In this document: piece by piece, positions 29,719 to 39,984 of the stretch
How the letters are laid out: each line of letters starts with the position of its first letter
How positions within the stretch are numbered: position 1 is the stretch's first letter
From: Verrucomicrobiota bacterium
GTDB lineage: Bacteria; Verrucomicrobiota; Verrucomicrobiia; Limisphaerales; AAA164-E04
Assembly (NCBI GenBank): GCA_047947115.1
Contig: CP170459.1
Location: 3,072,001-3,136,000 of the forward strand
DNA: 64,000 bases
Direction of reading: 5' to 3'
The notes under the pieces: generated by a model
Seen by the model: the letters and a program-made list of their open reading frames with translations, nothing else
Database searches by the model: none
What the model was told of the DNA's origin: nothing
Program-made: the position numbers and the translations under genes

Positions 29719-30699
29719 TCAGGGGAACTGTTCCAGAAACTTTTCAAGATGTTCCATCACTTCCTTCTGCGTGACGCCTGTCATGCAGTGAGGTGTGTCG
29801 AATTGGCAGCTGTCGAAGCAGGGTTTCTGGGGGCAGTCTTTGCCTTCTACCACCATGCCGAGCGGGTGTGCGGGGCGGAACCACTCGGTGCGTTGGGGGC
29901 CGAATATGGTGAACGTAGGTTTCTTTAATGCCGCAGCCAAATGTCCGGGGCCCGAGTCGTTGCCGATGAATGCTTCTCCTTCCGATAATCTTTGGATCAA
30001 TTCGGAAACGGTGCTGGGAACAGAAGGTTTTCGCCCCTTTTCTTCCCAAAATGAAGTTTGGCTGGCGTCGCAAATGAGGCTGACTTCCATCCGGCGTTTT
30101 TCCAGGTGTTCCAGCAGGGACGCGTAACCTTCCAGTGACCAGACACGGACCGGTTGGGCAGCTCCGGTGTGCATGACGACGTGTTCAATGGGGGATCGTT
30201 CGGCCTTGGTTGAATCGTTCTGTTTCCAATCAGGAATATCCAGATCGAGCGCCTTTCCCAATGTACGCCATTGATCATAGCGATGACAGAGGTCCCCCGG
30301 AATGGTCAGGGATCGGGTCAGTAACAGATTGCTTCCGGAACGAGGAAATCCAATGCGCTTTCGTGCACCCGTCAGTCGCATCCAGGCATGATCCCGCGGG
30401 TCCCAGCGGCCCGATGCCGCTATGTCGAACTTTTCCTTTCGAAGCTGCCTCAGGGTTGCCAGCACTCTGCGCCAGGGCCAACGATGCAGTTGGTATTTGC
30501 CCTTGAAAGCAGTCCAGGGGGCGATGAAATCAATGACCTTTACCTGTGGCCAGAGCTTTTGTTGAAGGTCATGGGCATACGGTTTTGCAAGCAGGGTGAC
30601 GTCATACTTTTCCGATGCTTTCTCCAGGAAACGGGAAGCGATGGCCAAGTCTCCCAAGCCCCAGAGTTCCAGGATCAGCAACTTGGGCCGTGAGCTCAT
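29719..30699 (-). CDS. Glycosyltransferase family 9 (heptosyltransferase-like)
   Basis: GLGDL, FIGNDSGPGHLAAAL, IFGP and a C-terminal Cys cluster. Confidence 0.9.
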   Translation of the reverse strand: MSSRPKLLILELWGLGDLAIASRFLEKASEKYDVTLLAKPYAHDLQQKLWPQVKVIDFIAPWTAFKGKYQLHRWPWRRVLATLRQLRKEKFDIAASGRWDPRDHAWMRLTGARKRIGFPRSGSNLLLTRSLTIPGDLCHRYDQWRTLGKALDLDIPDWKQNDSTKAERSPIEHVVMHTGAAQPVRVWSLEGYASLLEHLEKRRMEVSLICDASQTSFWEEKGRKPSVPSTVSELIQRLSEGEAFIGNDSGPGHLAAALKKPTFTIFGPQRTEWFRPAHPLGMVVEGKDCPQKPCFDSCQFDTPHCMTGVTQKEVMEHLEKFLEQFP

Positions 30700-31349
30700 G
30701 GTTTGCGCGCGATGAGGTAGGCCGACCAACCGATCCAGTGAATTTGTGAGGTGAACTTTTGACGGCTCGCCGGCATCCATTTGTAAAGGGGCCAGGCGGC
30801 GGCAAACATCCAGTTACGGGAAGTGCCCGAGCGGTCAATTTCAAACCCGGCCAGGCGACAACGTTTGGCCAGGGCCCCCATGCTGACAATGTGCGTATGG
30901 GTCAGGTCATCCCAGAAGTTCATGGTGAAGGTGCCCGTAGCGGAGCCTGAGACGCTGCCCAATGCGACTGTTTTGGGGTGTGGAGTTTCCACATAAAAAC
31001 ATCCTCCTGGTTTCAGGAGGCGAAAAGCTTCGGCGATGAGCAGTTCCAGGTCCTCCAAATGTTCGACCAGGTGCATGCAGGATATGGCGTCCAGTGTGCC
31101 CGGTTCCCAGGGCAGGGCTTCTTTGTTCAGGTCGCCTCGGTGAAATTGGCACCCCTTGGGATAACGATCCGGTTTGCCCTCGATGTCGGTCGCATAGAAT
31201 TGAAGGTCGGGTCGCATTTCATGAAAATGCCCAAGGGTTTCACCGTCGGAGGAGCCGACATCCAGCAGCGCACCACCTTGCGGCACGCGGGCGAGGAACG
31301 ATGACCGGGTGTCCACCCAGGGTATGTTGCGCAACAGTTTCCAATTCAT
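30696..31349 (-). CDS. Class I SAM-dependent methyltransferase
   Basis: LLDVGSSDG, HLVEHL and LKPGG; ATGA overlap with the GT9 gene. Confidence 0.88.
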   Translation of the reverse strand: MNWKLLRNIPWVDTRSSFLARVPQGGALLDVGSSDGETLGHFHEMRPDLQFYATDIEGKPDRYPKGCQFHRGDLNKEALPWEPGTLDAISCMHLVEHLEDLELLIAEAFRLLKPGGCFYVETPHPKTVALGSVSGSATGTFTMNFWDDLTHTHIVSMGALAKRCRLAGFEIDRSGTSRNWMFAAAWPLYKWMPASRQKFTSQIHWIGWSAYLIARKP

Positions 31350-31365
31350 GACAGGCGTCCAAGTA

Positions 31366-32511
31366 TCACGATTTCAGCCGATGCGTCAAATCCGGGTTCA
31401 GTTTTTGATACAGGTCCTTGTATTGACCATACACTACCGATGCGGCCCGCATGGCGACCGAAGCACGGATTTGTTCGGGGGTGAGCGGACAAAAGGAACC
31501 GTTCAGGATGGCTCGCAGCTGCTCGGCAAGTGAGGCGGGATCGTCGGGTTGAAAGTGCAAGCCGCAACCGGTTTGAACCAGGTCGATGTTGCCGCCGCTT
31601 TCGCTGACCAGAGCAGGTAATCCCAGTGAAAGCGCTTCCATCAGGGCCACCGAACAGGGTTCGTTGGTGGAAGGAAGCACGAACCAGTCGGATGCATGGA
31701 GTTTGGATTTGACGTCTGTGGTGGCGCCTTTGAGGTGGAATTGTGAACTGACTCCTGCGGATTTGATGAGCTGACGGAGTGATTTGTCGAAAAATTGGGC
31801 TTCGGGCAATTCCGGAGTCGGACCCCAGACTTCACACTGAATGCGTGCTTGTTCCTCGGGGGAGAGTTGACCGATGGCCTTGACGATCAAATCCCATTTT
31901 TTCCACCCGATGACGTTGCCGACGCCCACCAATCGGACCGGATCATTTCCTTCAATAGATCGTCGGGAGACGAGTGGTTCGGTGAGGAGTGATTCGCTGA
32001 AACAGGCGGAGATGATGTTCAGTCGTGGAGCCCCTTCCGTTAAACTGTAGTGCCTGGCCATATTTGGGGTCAACACGACCGTGTGCATGTTCGGCTGTTT
32101 CGCCGCCCATTGATAGAGGCCCAAACGCCGCGCGTAATTGTGGTTGGTAAAGAGAACCGGTCGTTTCAAAAAGCGGGCTGCAAGGATGCCCACCAACAGA
32201 GTGCCACGTGAGTGGGCGTGAATGATGTCGAACGGTTCCTTCTCCAACAGACGTTTCAAATCTCCATAGGCAGGTAATGCCTGGGCGAAAAGGTTGAAGT
32301 GGTTGGTCGATTCGGCGACCACCGAGCGACTGTGCCGGTATTCCAGTGCGGGTTGTCGGGTTTCTTTGTAGCCTTCTTTCACCCAGACACAATGCTGCAT
32401 TTCACCTTCGGGAGTGACCGATTGGAGGTTGCGCAATACGGATAGCACCCCGCCGGCGTCTTCATGATCACCGACCAGATGGAGGACTTTGCATGGGGTG
32501 TTGGGTTGCAT
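31366..32511 (-). CDS. Glycosyltransferase family 4
   Basis: DIIHAHS and FVLPSTNEPCSVALMEALSLGLP. Confidence 0.9.
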   Translation of the reverse strand: MQPNTPCKVLHLVGDHEDAGGVLSVLRNLQSVTPEGEMQHCVWVKEGYKETRQPALEYRHSRSVVAESTNHFNLFAQALPAYGDLKRLLEKEPFDIIHAHSRGTLLVGILAARFLKRPVLFTNHNYARRLGLYQWAAKQPNMHTVVLTPNMARHYSLTEGAPRLNIISACFSESLLTEPLVSRRSIEGNDPVRLVGVGNVIGWKKWDLIVKAIGQLSPEEQARIQCEVWGPTPELPEAQFFDKSLRQLIKSAGVSSQFHLKGATTDVKSKLHASDWFVLPSTNEPCSVALMEALSLGLPALVSESGGNIDLVQTGCGLHFQPDDPASLAEQLRAILNGSFCPLTPEQIRASVAMRAASVVYGQYKDLYQKLNPDLTHRLKS

Positions 32512-32596
32512 TGGGGTTACTTTGCCCCAATCGATTCGGGTTGTGCAACAGCGAATGCTTGGGGTAGTTTTTGTTTGTTCCTGTTAGGATGATGAA

Positions 32597-33670
32597 ATGA
32601 CTTTTTTGGACGTATATCGTAAATCGGCTGAGCTGATCGAAAACAAGATGCCCTTCGTGTTGGCGACCTTGGTGCGATCCATTGGCTCCACCCCTCAGAA
32701 AACCGGCGCGCATGCCATTTTCGAGCCCACTGGCAAAGTCTTTGGGACACTCGGTGGAGGTTGCCTGGAAGCCGAGGCCAGGAAGCGTGCGCTGGATGCA
32801 TTGGATGACGGGGTGCCCCGGTTGTTTCATGTCAAGCTTGACGATATCAGTGGTTGGGATGACGGGCTGATCTGTGGGGGACAGGCCACGATTTTGGTGC
32901 AACCCAATCCTTCGAATGCTTTGCCAGCCTTGCAATCCTTGATCAAGGCTGCGGATCAGGGTGCCTTCGGTGCCCTGCAGACCACCATATCGAGAGGAGA
33001 ACAGATTCAATGCCAATCCAAATGGCTTCCCGAATCCTTTTCTCCGGATGATGAAGGAGAACATTTATCAGAAGCAATCCAGAGTTTACTTCGAAAGGAG
33101 ACAGCCGCGTTGCTGGGGGATCCTGGCAGAGATGATGAAGCACTGCATTTTATCGAGCCATATATCCCTCAGCCGGAATTACTGATTGCGGGGGCAGGGC
33201 ACGTGGGTAAAGCCGTGGCGCAATTGGCGTCGATGATGGGGTTCCGGGTGACGGTAGTAGACGATCGAGCCGAATTTGCCAGCCTTGAGAACATTCCCTG
33301 GGCGGATCAGGTGATCTGTGACGACATCCCCGGGACCATCAAAAAGCATCCAATCAAGCATCGCACATATGTCGTGATCGTTACACGCGGACATCAACAT
33401 GATGGGGCCTCCCTCGCTGCATGTGTTCGTCAGCCTGCGGCGTTCATAGGCATGATCGGGAGTCGACGCAAGAGTCTGTTGATCCGGAAAAGTCTCCTCG
33501 AAAAGAAGCTTGCCTCTCAGGATGAAGTGGACCGGGTGATCTGTCCGATCGGACTGGATATCGGTTCGGTCACGGTGAATGAAATTGCCCTGAGCATCGT
33601 ATCGCAAATGGTAACCCACCGCCGCAAGGGCAAGGTGGACGCGGGAGCCATGACTTTCTCCAGATCATGA
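32597..33670 (+). CDS. xdhC: XdhC/CoxI family molybdoenzyme accessory protein
   Basis: GSTPQKTGA, GTLGGGCLE, GLICGG, GAGHV, TRGH and YIGM-like FIGMIGSRRK. Confidence 0.9.
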   Translation: MTFLDVYRKSAELIENKMPFVLATLVRSIGSTPQKTGAHAIFEPTGKVFGTLGGGCLEAEARKRALDALDDGVPRLFHVKLDDISGWDDGLICGGQATILVQPNPSNALPALQSLIKAADQGAFGALQTTISRGEQIQCQSKWLPESFSPDDEGEHLSEAIQSLLRKETAALLGDPGRDDEALHFIEPYIPQPELLIAGAGHVGKAVAQLASMMGFRVTVVDDRAEFASLENIPWADQVICDDIPGTIKKHPIKHRTYVVIVTRGHQHDGASLAACVRQPAAFIGMIGSRRKSLLIRKSLLEKKLASQDEVDRVICPIGLDIGSVTVNEIALSIVSQMVTHRRKGKVDAGAMTFSRS

Positions 33671-34269
33671 TCACCGCGATCATTCTTGCTGCTGGTTCTG
33701 CCCGGCGCATGGGGCGGCAGAAACTATTGCTGCCCTATCGTGGAGCCACTCTCATTGAACATATCGTCGGGGAAGTGTTGCAGAGTGGCGTGGGGGCGTG
33801 TCTGGTGGTGACCGGTTGTGACAGCGAGTGCGTAGGCCCTTTGGTGTCGGTGAAAGGCGCTCGCCAGGTGCACAATCCGCATCACCTGACAGGAGGGATG
33901 CTTTCATCCGTGCGTCAAGGTTTGACAGAGGCTTCGGATGCGACCACGGCGTTTATGGTGTTTCTTGGCGATCAACCCGGCATATCCTCAGGATTCATCC
34001 GGGTATTCCTGGACTTTGTCGAATCACATTCAACCAGGATATGTGTTCCGATGTTCCAGGGGAAACGTGGGCATCCATTGTATTTTAAATCGGACTACAA
34101 AGCCGACGTGATGCAACGCTATGATGACATTGGGCTCAAAGGTCTTCTTAGAGACCACGAACAGGATGTTACCCAATGGTCATGTGAGGACCCGAACATC
34201 CTGGTGGATCTTGACACTCCCGAAGATTACACCAAATGGATGTCGAAGCATTCAAATTTAGGACAGTAA
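33667..34269 (+). CDS. Molybdenum cofactor cytidylyltransferase (MocA/MobA-like NTP transferase)
   Basis: ILAAGSARRMGRQKLLL, LGDQP, GHP and DLDTPEDY; coupled to xdhC. Confidence 0.88.
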   Translation: MITAIILAAGSARRMGRQKLLLPYRGATLIEHIVGEVLQSGVGACLVVTGCDSECVGPLVSVKGARQVHNPHHLTGGMLSSVRQGLTEASDATTAFMVFLGDQPGISSGFIRVFLDFVESHSTRICVPMFQGKRGHPLYFKSDYKADVMQRYDDIGLKGLLRDHEQDVTQWSCEDPNILVDLDTPEDYTKWMSKHSNLGQ

Positions 34270-34285
34270 ACAGTGAATAGAGAAT

Positions 34286-35362
34286 TTATTCGGGCCACTG
34301 GCCATTTGTCATGGGTTTGGTTTTGAATTGGGCAGGGTCCATGACGACGTGTTTGATACGTTGGCGTTTCCAGGTGTAGGTGATGTGAACTTTGCCGTTG
34401 GGGGCCTGGATGACGGCCGGGTAGGAGTATTCGCCGGGATCTGTTTCGAGTTGGGCGAGGGCTTCCCAGTTTTTACCGTCCCGGGTGATGGCAACATTGA
34501 TCGGAGTGCGTCCTTTGGGGGTGTGGTTGTAAACCAGGAGGTGCCGTCCGTCTTGCAAGGTAACACCATCCGCCCCGGCACTTGGGTTGGGGAGCACGCT
34601 TGCTTTCATCGGAGACCATGTGATGCCTCCATCTGTTGACCAGCTTTCGGTCAGAACCTTTTGTCGGCTGCGGCAGAGGATTTGCAGACGGCCGTCTTTG
34701 TGTTGGAAGATGGTGGGCTGAATGGCTCCGAATTCCTTGCCGTCGTTCAATGCCTGGGTTTTGCTCCAGGAAATGCCCAGGTCACGGGTGTGTTCCATGT
34801 GCACACGCCAGCCATCGTGTTCCGAACTGGCCGGGCAGAGCAGGACTCCGTTGTCCAGCATCACCGGCTTGTTTTTAATGGGGCCAAGAATGCCGTCCGG
34901 CAGGCGGGTGGGTTTGCTCCAGGTTTTGCCCTGGTCATGGGATTCCATGCGCATGCCCCACCAGCTTGATGGACTCGGGCCGTCTTTGTAGAACAAGACC
35001 AGCGTGTCGCTTTTCGGATCCTGAAAGAGCACAGGGTTCCAGGTCGGATGTCGGGTGACGCCGTCTGGCTGCACTCCATTGGCCACCTCGACCGGTACGG
35101 TCCAGTCTCCATCGATGTGACGGGAAACCCATATGCCCACGTCCGGATGTTTCTCATGCGTGCCGCCAAACCAGGCGGCAACCAATTGCCCTCCCGATGA
35201 TTCGATCGTCGAAGCATGGCACTGGGGGAATGGGGCTTCGTTGTAAATCAGTTCGGCTTTGATGATGGATGGACTGTGGTGATATTGCGCCTGCACAGAG
35301 GTGCCGTTGAGTCCGAGAGTCACCGCTGCAAGGGCGGACCAGAGAGAAATTGTTCGATTCAT
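34286..35362 (-). CDS. Secreted BNR/Asp-box beta-propeller protein (sialidase family)
   Basis: Asp boxes SHDQGKTW, TRDLGISW, STDGGITW and TRDGKNW; YSYP; signal peptide. Confidence 0.85.
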   Translation of the reverse strand: MNRTISLWSALAAVTLGLNGTSVQAQYHHSPSIIKAELIYNEAPFPQCHASTIESSGGQLVAAWFGGTHEKHPDVGIWVSRHIDGDWTVPVEVANGVQPDGVTRHPTWNPVLFQDPKSDTLVLFYKDGPSPSSWWGMRMESHDQGKTWSKPTRLPDGILGPIKNKPVMLDNGVLLCPASSEHDGWRVHMEHTRDLGISWSKTQALNDGKEFGAIQPTIFQHKDGRLQILCRSRQKVLTESWSTDGGITWSPMKASVLPNPSAGADGVTLQDGRHLLVYNHTPKGRTPINVAITRDGKNWEALAQLETDPGEYSYPAVIQAPNGKVHITYTWKRQRIKHVVMDPAQFKTKPMTNGQWPE

Positions 35363-35382
35363 GATGGTGCTTTGATTCAAAT

Positions 35383-36609
35383 TCACATGCCTTTATTGGC
35401 TCTCCAAAACAGGACACACCCCACCGCCTGGAAGAGGAAATTGGGAAACCACATAATCAGATGAGGGGCCCATTCTCCATGGTTTTCCAGAGCATTGGCC
35501 AGCACCACGAATCCGTAGTAAACGGCGACCAGCATCAATGCGATGGCGATTCCGATACTGGTTTCACGGCGATGGGCCCGTATGCCAAGTGGAATGCCGA
35601 TGAGTGTAAAGGCAAAGCAGGCGTATGAGAAGGCAATTTGACGGTGCATTTGCACTTTGACAGGGGTGATGGGATCAAAGGGTTTGCGGACGTTGGCTGC
35701 CAGTTCGGTGCGCATGTTCTCAACGTCGAAAGAAGGGAGAGCCCGCAGGTCGTCAGCCAGTTCTTGCCGTTCCTTCATTTCCTGCTGAAGTTGGCGAAAG
35801 CTCATGTGGTGTAGCTTGGGTTTGCGAAAGACGGTGGAATCTCGGTCAATGGTGAATACGGAGGGCGAGTATTCCGACATTTTTGTGAGGAACCAATTGG
35901 ATTCATCTAATTCGCTTTTGCCGGGCTCAAAATCCTTACTGTCACTTAAGTTACGCTGAAAGACAGTGCAATTGGTCATGGAGAGAAAAAGTTGGTTGTT
36001 TGATTCGTTGGCTTCAAGTGTTCCTCCTTCAGCTAGAATATCATACACAGGTATGTCCTTCTCGAATTTGACGTATCGGATACCCCGTAACAAGACCATC
36101 TCGCCCACTTCCTTGCGTTCCTCAATTTGAATGAATTGGTCGGGGATGTCGGTCATAGGGACGCCAGGCTGCAGCAGATCCGTCAGTCTCCCCACATCCA
36201 CGGATCGAATCAACTGCTTATAGGTGGATCGGCAATAGGGCGCGATGTCCAGATTGATCCAGGCGCAGAGCATACTCATCAGCATGCTGAGCGCCAGGAC
36301 GGGGGCGGTGAGTGAAAAAAGGCTGATCCCACCCGAACGCATTGCGGTGAGCTCCTGGTCTGCGCTCAAACGTCCGAACAACAACAAAGTGGCGGTGAGC
36401 ATTCCCATCGGAAGCGCAAACACCAGCACAAACGGCACCAGCAGCAAAAAAGCTTTTCCGACCAGCAGGAAGGAGGCCTGGCCATTGACCAGCAGGGCCA
36501 GGATTTCCTTCATGATGTTTCCCAACAAGAGCACAAATGCGAAAACGGCCACGGTCATCACCGTGGTCGCCAGAATCTGTTTGGTCAGGTAAACGTAAAG
36601 GGTTCGCAT
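35383..36609 (-). CDS. lptF: LPS export ABC permease LptF
   Basis: ALPMGMLTATLLLFGRLSADQELTAMRSGGISL; LIGIPLG; 3+3 TM layout. The F versus G assignment is inferred. Confidence 0.82.
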   Translation of the reverse strand: MRTLYVYLTKQILATTVMTVAVFAFVLLLGNIMKEILALLVNGQASFLLVGKAFLLLVPFVLVFALPMGMLTATLLLFGRLSADQELTAMRSGGISLFSLTAPVLALSMLMSMLCAWINLDIAPYCRSTYKQLIRSVDVGRLTDLLQPGVPMTDIPDQFIQIEERKEVGEMVLLRGIRYVKFEKDIPVYDILAEGGTLEANESNNQLFLSMTNCTVFQRNLSDSKDFEPGKSELDESNWFLTKMSEYSPSVFTIDRDSTVFRKPKLHHMSFRQLQQEMKERQELADDLRALPSFDVENMRTELAANVRKPFDPITPVKVQMHRQIAFSYACFAFTLIGIPLGIRAHRRETSIGIAIALMLVAVYYGFVVLANALENHGEWAPHLIMWFPNFLFQAVGCVLFWRANKGM

Positions 36610-36748
36610 TGTTCAGGTGCTTTTTAATTCCGTCCAGATATCTATGTGCGCACAGCTTGCTGGCATACGGGCAAAAGATCAAATTGAAATCCCTTAATTC
36701 ACCGATTGCCAAAAGACGGTTTGGCAGGGCATGCTGTCCGGCAAAGAG

Positions 36749-37669
36749 ATGGATGCTCTCATTGATGATTTTCTGCAATACCTGCGACAAGAACGCGGCC
36801 AGTCGGAACGCACCCAGCAGACCTATGCGGGGGTGCTGAACCGCTTTGCCAAGTGGGCGGAGAGTCAGCAGGGGGTGGGTGATTGGGCCGCGGTCGATCT
36901 CGGGGTCTTGACGCATTTTCTCAAAAACGAACAGGTTCGCAAGGTGCCTGATCATACTGGGGGAACGAAGCGGTTGAGTGTGGAGACTGTTTATCTGGAA
37001 ATAGCAGCCTTGCGGGCTTTTTTCAATTTTTGCGAGCGGGAACATTATCTGGAAGCAAATCCCGCCGAGCACATCAGCTTGCCGCGCCGCTGGAAACGGT
37101 TGCCCAAGAGTCTGAGTTCCGATGAGATTGACCAATTGCTTCGTCCGGAAGAACCCTCCTCGCCGTCGAGGCTTTGTGATCAGGCGGTGCTTGAGCTGGC
37201 TTATGCGTCCGGGTTGCGTATTTCGGAATTGTGTGGATTGCGTCTGGAGCAGTTGCATCTGGATGCCGGTTTTGTTCAGGTGATTGGGAAAGGAAACAAG
37301 GAACGGGTTGTGCCGGTTGGGAGCACTGCGGTGGATGCTTTGAATCATTACCTGCAGTCGGGGCGTCCGGCTCTAGTCACCTCAAAAACCCCGGGTAATG
37401 TCTTCCTGACCCGACGCGGTACGGGTTTTGCCCGGGTGACGATGTGGCTGCGTATTCGAAATCGAGCGCGTCGGACGGGGATCGAACGAACATTGACGCC
37501 TCACATGTTGCGCCATAGTTTTGCGACGCATTTGTTGGACCATGGCGCGGATTTGCGGGTGATTCAGGAAATGCTCGGTCATGCGAGCATCGCGACTACT
37601 GAAATCTACACGCATGTGGCTCGTGAAAAATTGAAGGAAATACACCGGCAGTTCCATCCGAGGGCGTAG
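36749..37669 (+). CDS. xerD: Site-specific tyrosine recombinase XerD
   Basis: YASGLRISEL, GKGNKERVVP, HMLRHSFATH, LGHASIATTEIYTH and HPRA terminus. Confidence 0.9.
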   Translation: MDALIDDFLQYLRQERGQSERTQQTYAGVLNRFAKWAESQQGVGDWAAVDLGVLTHFLKNEQVRKVPDHTGGTKRLSVETVYLEIAALRAFFNFCEREHYLEANPAEHISLPRRWKRLPKSLSSDEIDQLLRPEEPSSPSRLCDQAVLELAYASGLRISELCGLRLEQLHLDAGFVQVIGKGNKERVVPVGSTAVDALNHYLQSGRPALVTSKTPGNVFLTRRGTGFARVTMWLRIRNRARRTGIERTLTPHMLRHSFATHLLDHGADLRVIQEMLGHASIATTEIYTHVAREKLKEIHRQFHPRA

Positions 37670-37699
37670 GGGGGGGACGGTTCGTGGGATTGGGGTTAA

Positions 37700-37766
37700 G
37701 ATTAGGAATAAGCAATAAGCAATTAGGAATTAGGAATTAGGAATTAGGAATTAGGAATTAGGAATT
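37700..37766. repeat. Heptamer tandem repeat (AATTAGG)6 plus 3 variant units
   Basis: GATTAGG, AATAAGC x2, then AATTAGG x6 (37721-37762). Confidence 0.95.
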
Positions 37767-37800
37767 TTGTGCCCGTGAAGTTGTGGTTTATTCTCGCATC

Positions 37801-39042
37801 ATGAAGAAGCAGCAGCAAAGCATCGTTGTCTCAGGACAAAGGAACCATACAGGGTTGCCTGTCCGCCGGGTCATGATGCTTGCAGGAGAGACCAGTGGTG
37901 ATGGCATGGCGGCTGGTTTGGTGGAGGCTTTGAAGAAACATACGGCGAATCAATTTGAATTGATCTGTTTTGGTGCCGGTGGAGAACGGATGAAGGCTGC
38001 TGGTGTTGAGATTCTGGAGGACATGACGCGCCACACGGTTTTTGGTCTGAGCGAAGTGGTTCGACATTACTTTGAGTTCAAAAAGATCTTTCAACGTCTG
38101 CTGGATGAAGTGTTTGAGCGGAAACCTGATCTGATTATTTTAACGGATTATGCCGGATTCAATCTTCGTTTTGCCAAGGCTGTTCGCAAACGATTAGCCC
38201 GATCAGGCGGCAGGAAAAACGATTTATCCTGGAATCCAAGGATCCTATATTACGTGTCTCCCCAGGTTTGGGCTTCCCGGGCATCACGCGTGTTTACCTT
38301 ATCCCAGTGTGTGGATTGCGTCCTGTCCTTGTTTCCCTTTGAAAAGCCCTGGTACGCCATGCGGGCGCCCTTGTTGAGAGTGGAGTTTGTGGGCGATCCA
38401 ATGGCGGACAAATACCGCAGTTTGTTCAAAGCAACCGAAGACACCACCGAACCTTTGCCGCAGCTTCTGTTGCTGCCTGGGAGTCGGCGTCAGGAATTAA
38501 GACGTCATGTTCCGATCATGGCGGAAGCAGTTGCGCGGATTCATCAGGCGCATCCCTGCCGAATGTTGATGGTGCTGTCCAATCAAGAGCAACTTGAACT
38601 TGCCCAATCACTTTTACCTGAGAAACACGGGATTCAAATGCAGATCGGCGGTCTTTCCGAAGCGTTGACCCACACGACTCTCACACTGGCCTGTTCCGGG
38701 ACGGTGACGCGTGAATGCGGCTATCATGGCGTGCCGACCATTGTCTTTTATCGATTGGCCTGGTTGACCTATTGGATTGCCAGACGCATCATCAAAGTGA
38801 AATACATCGCGATGCCCAACCTGTTGCTGGGGCGTTTGGTATATCCCGAATTGATCCAATCCGATGCAACTCCCCAACGCATTGCGGATAAAGCCCTCCA
38901 ATTTCTTGAGCATCCCAGGATCCGCCAGCAATCCAGGCACTCACTTGAGCGTTTGATGGATGCGATGGGCGAGCCGGGAGCGTTTGATCGGGCGGCGCGA
39001 ACGGTGATCGAATATTTGCCTGACGAAAAACACCTTCCGTAG
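37801..39042 (+). CDS. lpxB: Lipid-A-disaccharide synthase
   Basis: AGETSGD, DYAGFN, YVSPQVWASR, FPFE, LLPGSR, SGTVT.E, PNLL and PELIQ. Confidence 0.93.
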   Translation: MKKQQQSIVVSGQRNHTGLPVRRVMMLAGETSGDGMAAGLVEALKKHTANQFELICFGAGGERMKAAGVEILEDMTRHTVFGLSEVVRHYFEFKKIFQRLLDEVFERKPDLIILTDYAGFNLRFAKAVRKRLARSGGRKNDLSWNPRILYYVSPQVWASRASRVFTLSQCVDCVLSLFPFEKPWYAMRAPLLRVEFVGDPMADKYRSLFKATEDTTEPLPQLLLLPGSRRQELRRHVPIMAEAVARIHQAHPCRMLMVLSNQEQLELAQSLLPEKHGIQMQIGGLSEALTHTTLTLACSGTVTRECGYHGVPTIVFYRLAWLTYWIARRIIKVKYIAMPNLLLGRLVYPELIQSDATPQRIADKALQFLEHPRIRQQSRHSLERLMDAMGEPGAFDRAARTVIEYLPDEKHLP

Positions 39043-39060
39043 AAGAGTGACGAAAATGCG

Positions 39061-39918
39061 CTACCCTTTGTTTTGCGGATGTGCGCCTGTTAGCGAATGG
39101 CCGCACCGGTAGCAGAACTCGGCGCCGTCCTGGTGGGCTTCGGCCGAGCAGTTTCGACAGCTGCGTGTTGTGGTGGAGCGATCGCTGCGGGTCAGTTCGG
39201 CTGTTACAATACCCGTCGGGACAGCTATAATGGCATATCCAATGATCATGACCATGGCGGCAAGGGTTTTACCCAGAGGCGTCTGGGGAGCGATGTCTCC
39301 ATAACCGACCGTTGTCAAGGTCACCACTGCCCAATAGATGCTCATGGGGATGCTGGTGAAGCCGTGTTCCGCTCCTTCGATGATGTACATTAAAGATCCG
39401 ATGATCACCACCAAAACAATCACTGCGATGATGAAGACGGTGATTTTGGGGCGGCTGGCTCGCAGCGCTTTCATGATCACGCGTGACCCTTCCAGATATT
39501 GAATCAGTTTCAGGATTCGAAACACCCGCATGACGCGCAACATCCGTACGACGATGAGATATTCGGCATCGAGGATGAAAAAGCTGAGATACGTTGGCAG
39601 AATGGCCAGAAGGTCAACGATTCCGTAAAAGCTCCTAACGTAATACCATGGTTGACGAACCACCCAGATTCTCAGGAAATACTCCAGGGAAAAAGCGATG
39701 GTGAACACCCATTCGAGCGTGGTTAGAATGGGGCCGTATCGCTGCATGACCGACTCGATGCTGGCCAGCATCACGGAAGCCACGCTGAGAAGAATGCAGG
39801 CGATCAAACCCACATCGAATGCCTTTCCGGCCGGGGTATCCGCCTCAAAGATGATCAGACGAAACCATTCCTTGAGGGTTGGTTTTCGCGCGGAAAATAT
39901 GGGGTCGTCCTTGTCCAT
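39061..39918 (-). CDS. Voltage-gated potassium channel (ion transporter)
   Basis: S4-like RMLRVMRVFRILK, TTVGYGD filter and C-terminal CxxC..CxxC. Confidence 0.93.
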   Translation of the reverse strand: MDKDDPIFSARKPTLKEWFRLIIFEADTPAGKAFDVGLIACILLSVASVMLASIESVMQRYGPILTTLEWVFTIAFSLEYFLRIWVVRQPWYYVRSFYGIVDLLAILPTYLSFFILDAEYLIVVRMLRVMRVFRILKLIQYLEGSRVIMKALRASRPKITVFIIAVIVLVVIIGSLMYIIEGAEHGFTSIPMSIYWAVVTLTTVGYGDIAPQTPLGKTLAAMVMIIGYAIIAVPTGIVTAELTRSDRSTTTRSCRNCSAEAHQDGAEFCYRCGHSLTGAHPQNKG

Positions 39919-39984
39919 CACCGCAAGTCTGGATCCGCATCAGGAAGCGGCCTGGAAGGCGGATGTACGACGTCCTGTCGAGAA

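Noticed and set aside
36749..37669. Phage or integron integrase
   Set aside because: It has XerD-type motifs and housekeeping neighbours, with no att sites, cassettes or phage genes.
37700..37766. CRISPR array or telomere-like TTAGG repeat
   Set aside because: There are no spacers, the period is 7 bp, and it lies internally between bacterial genes.
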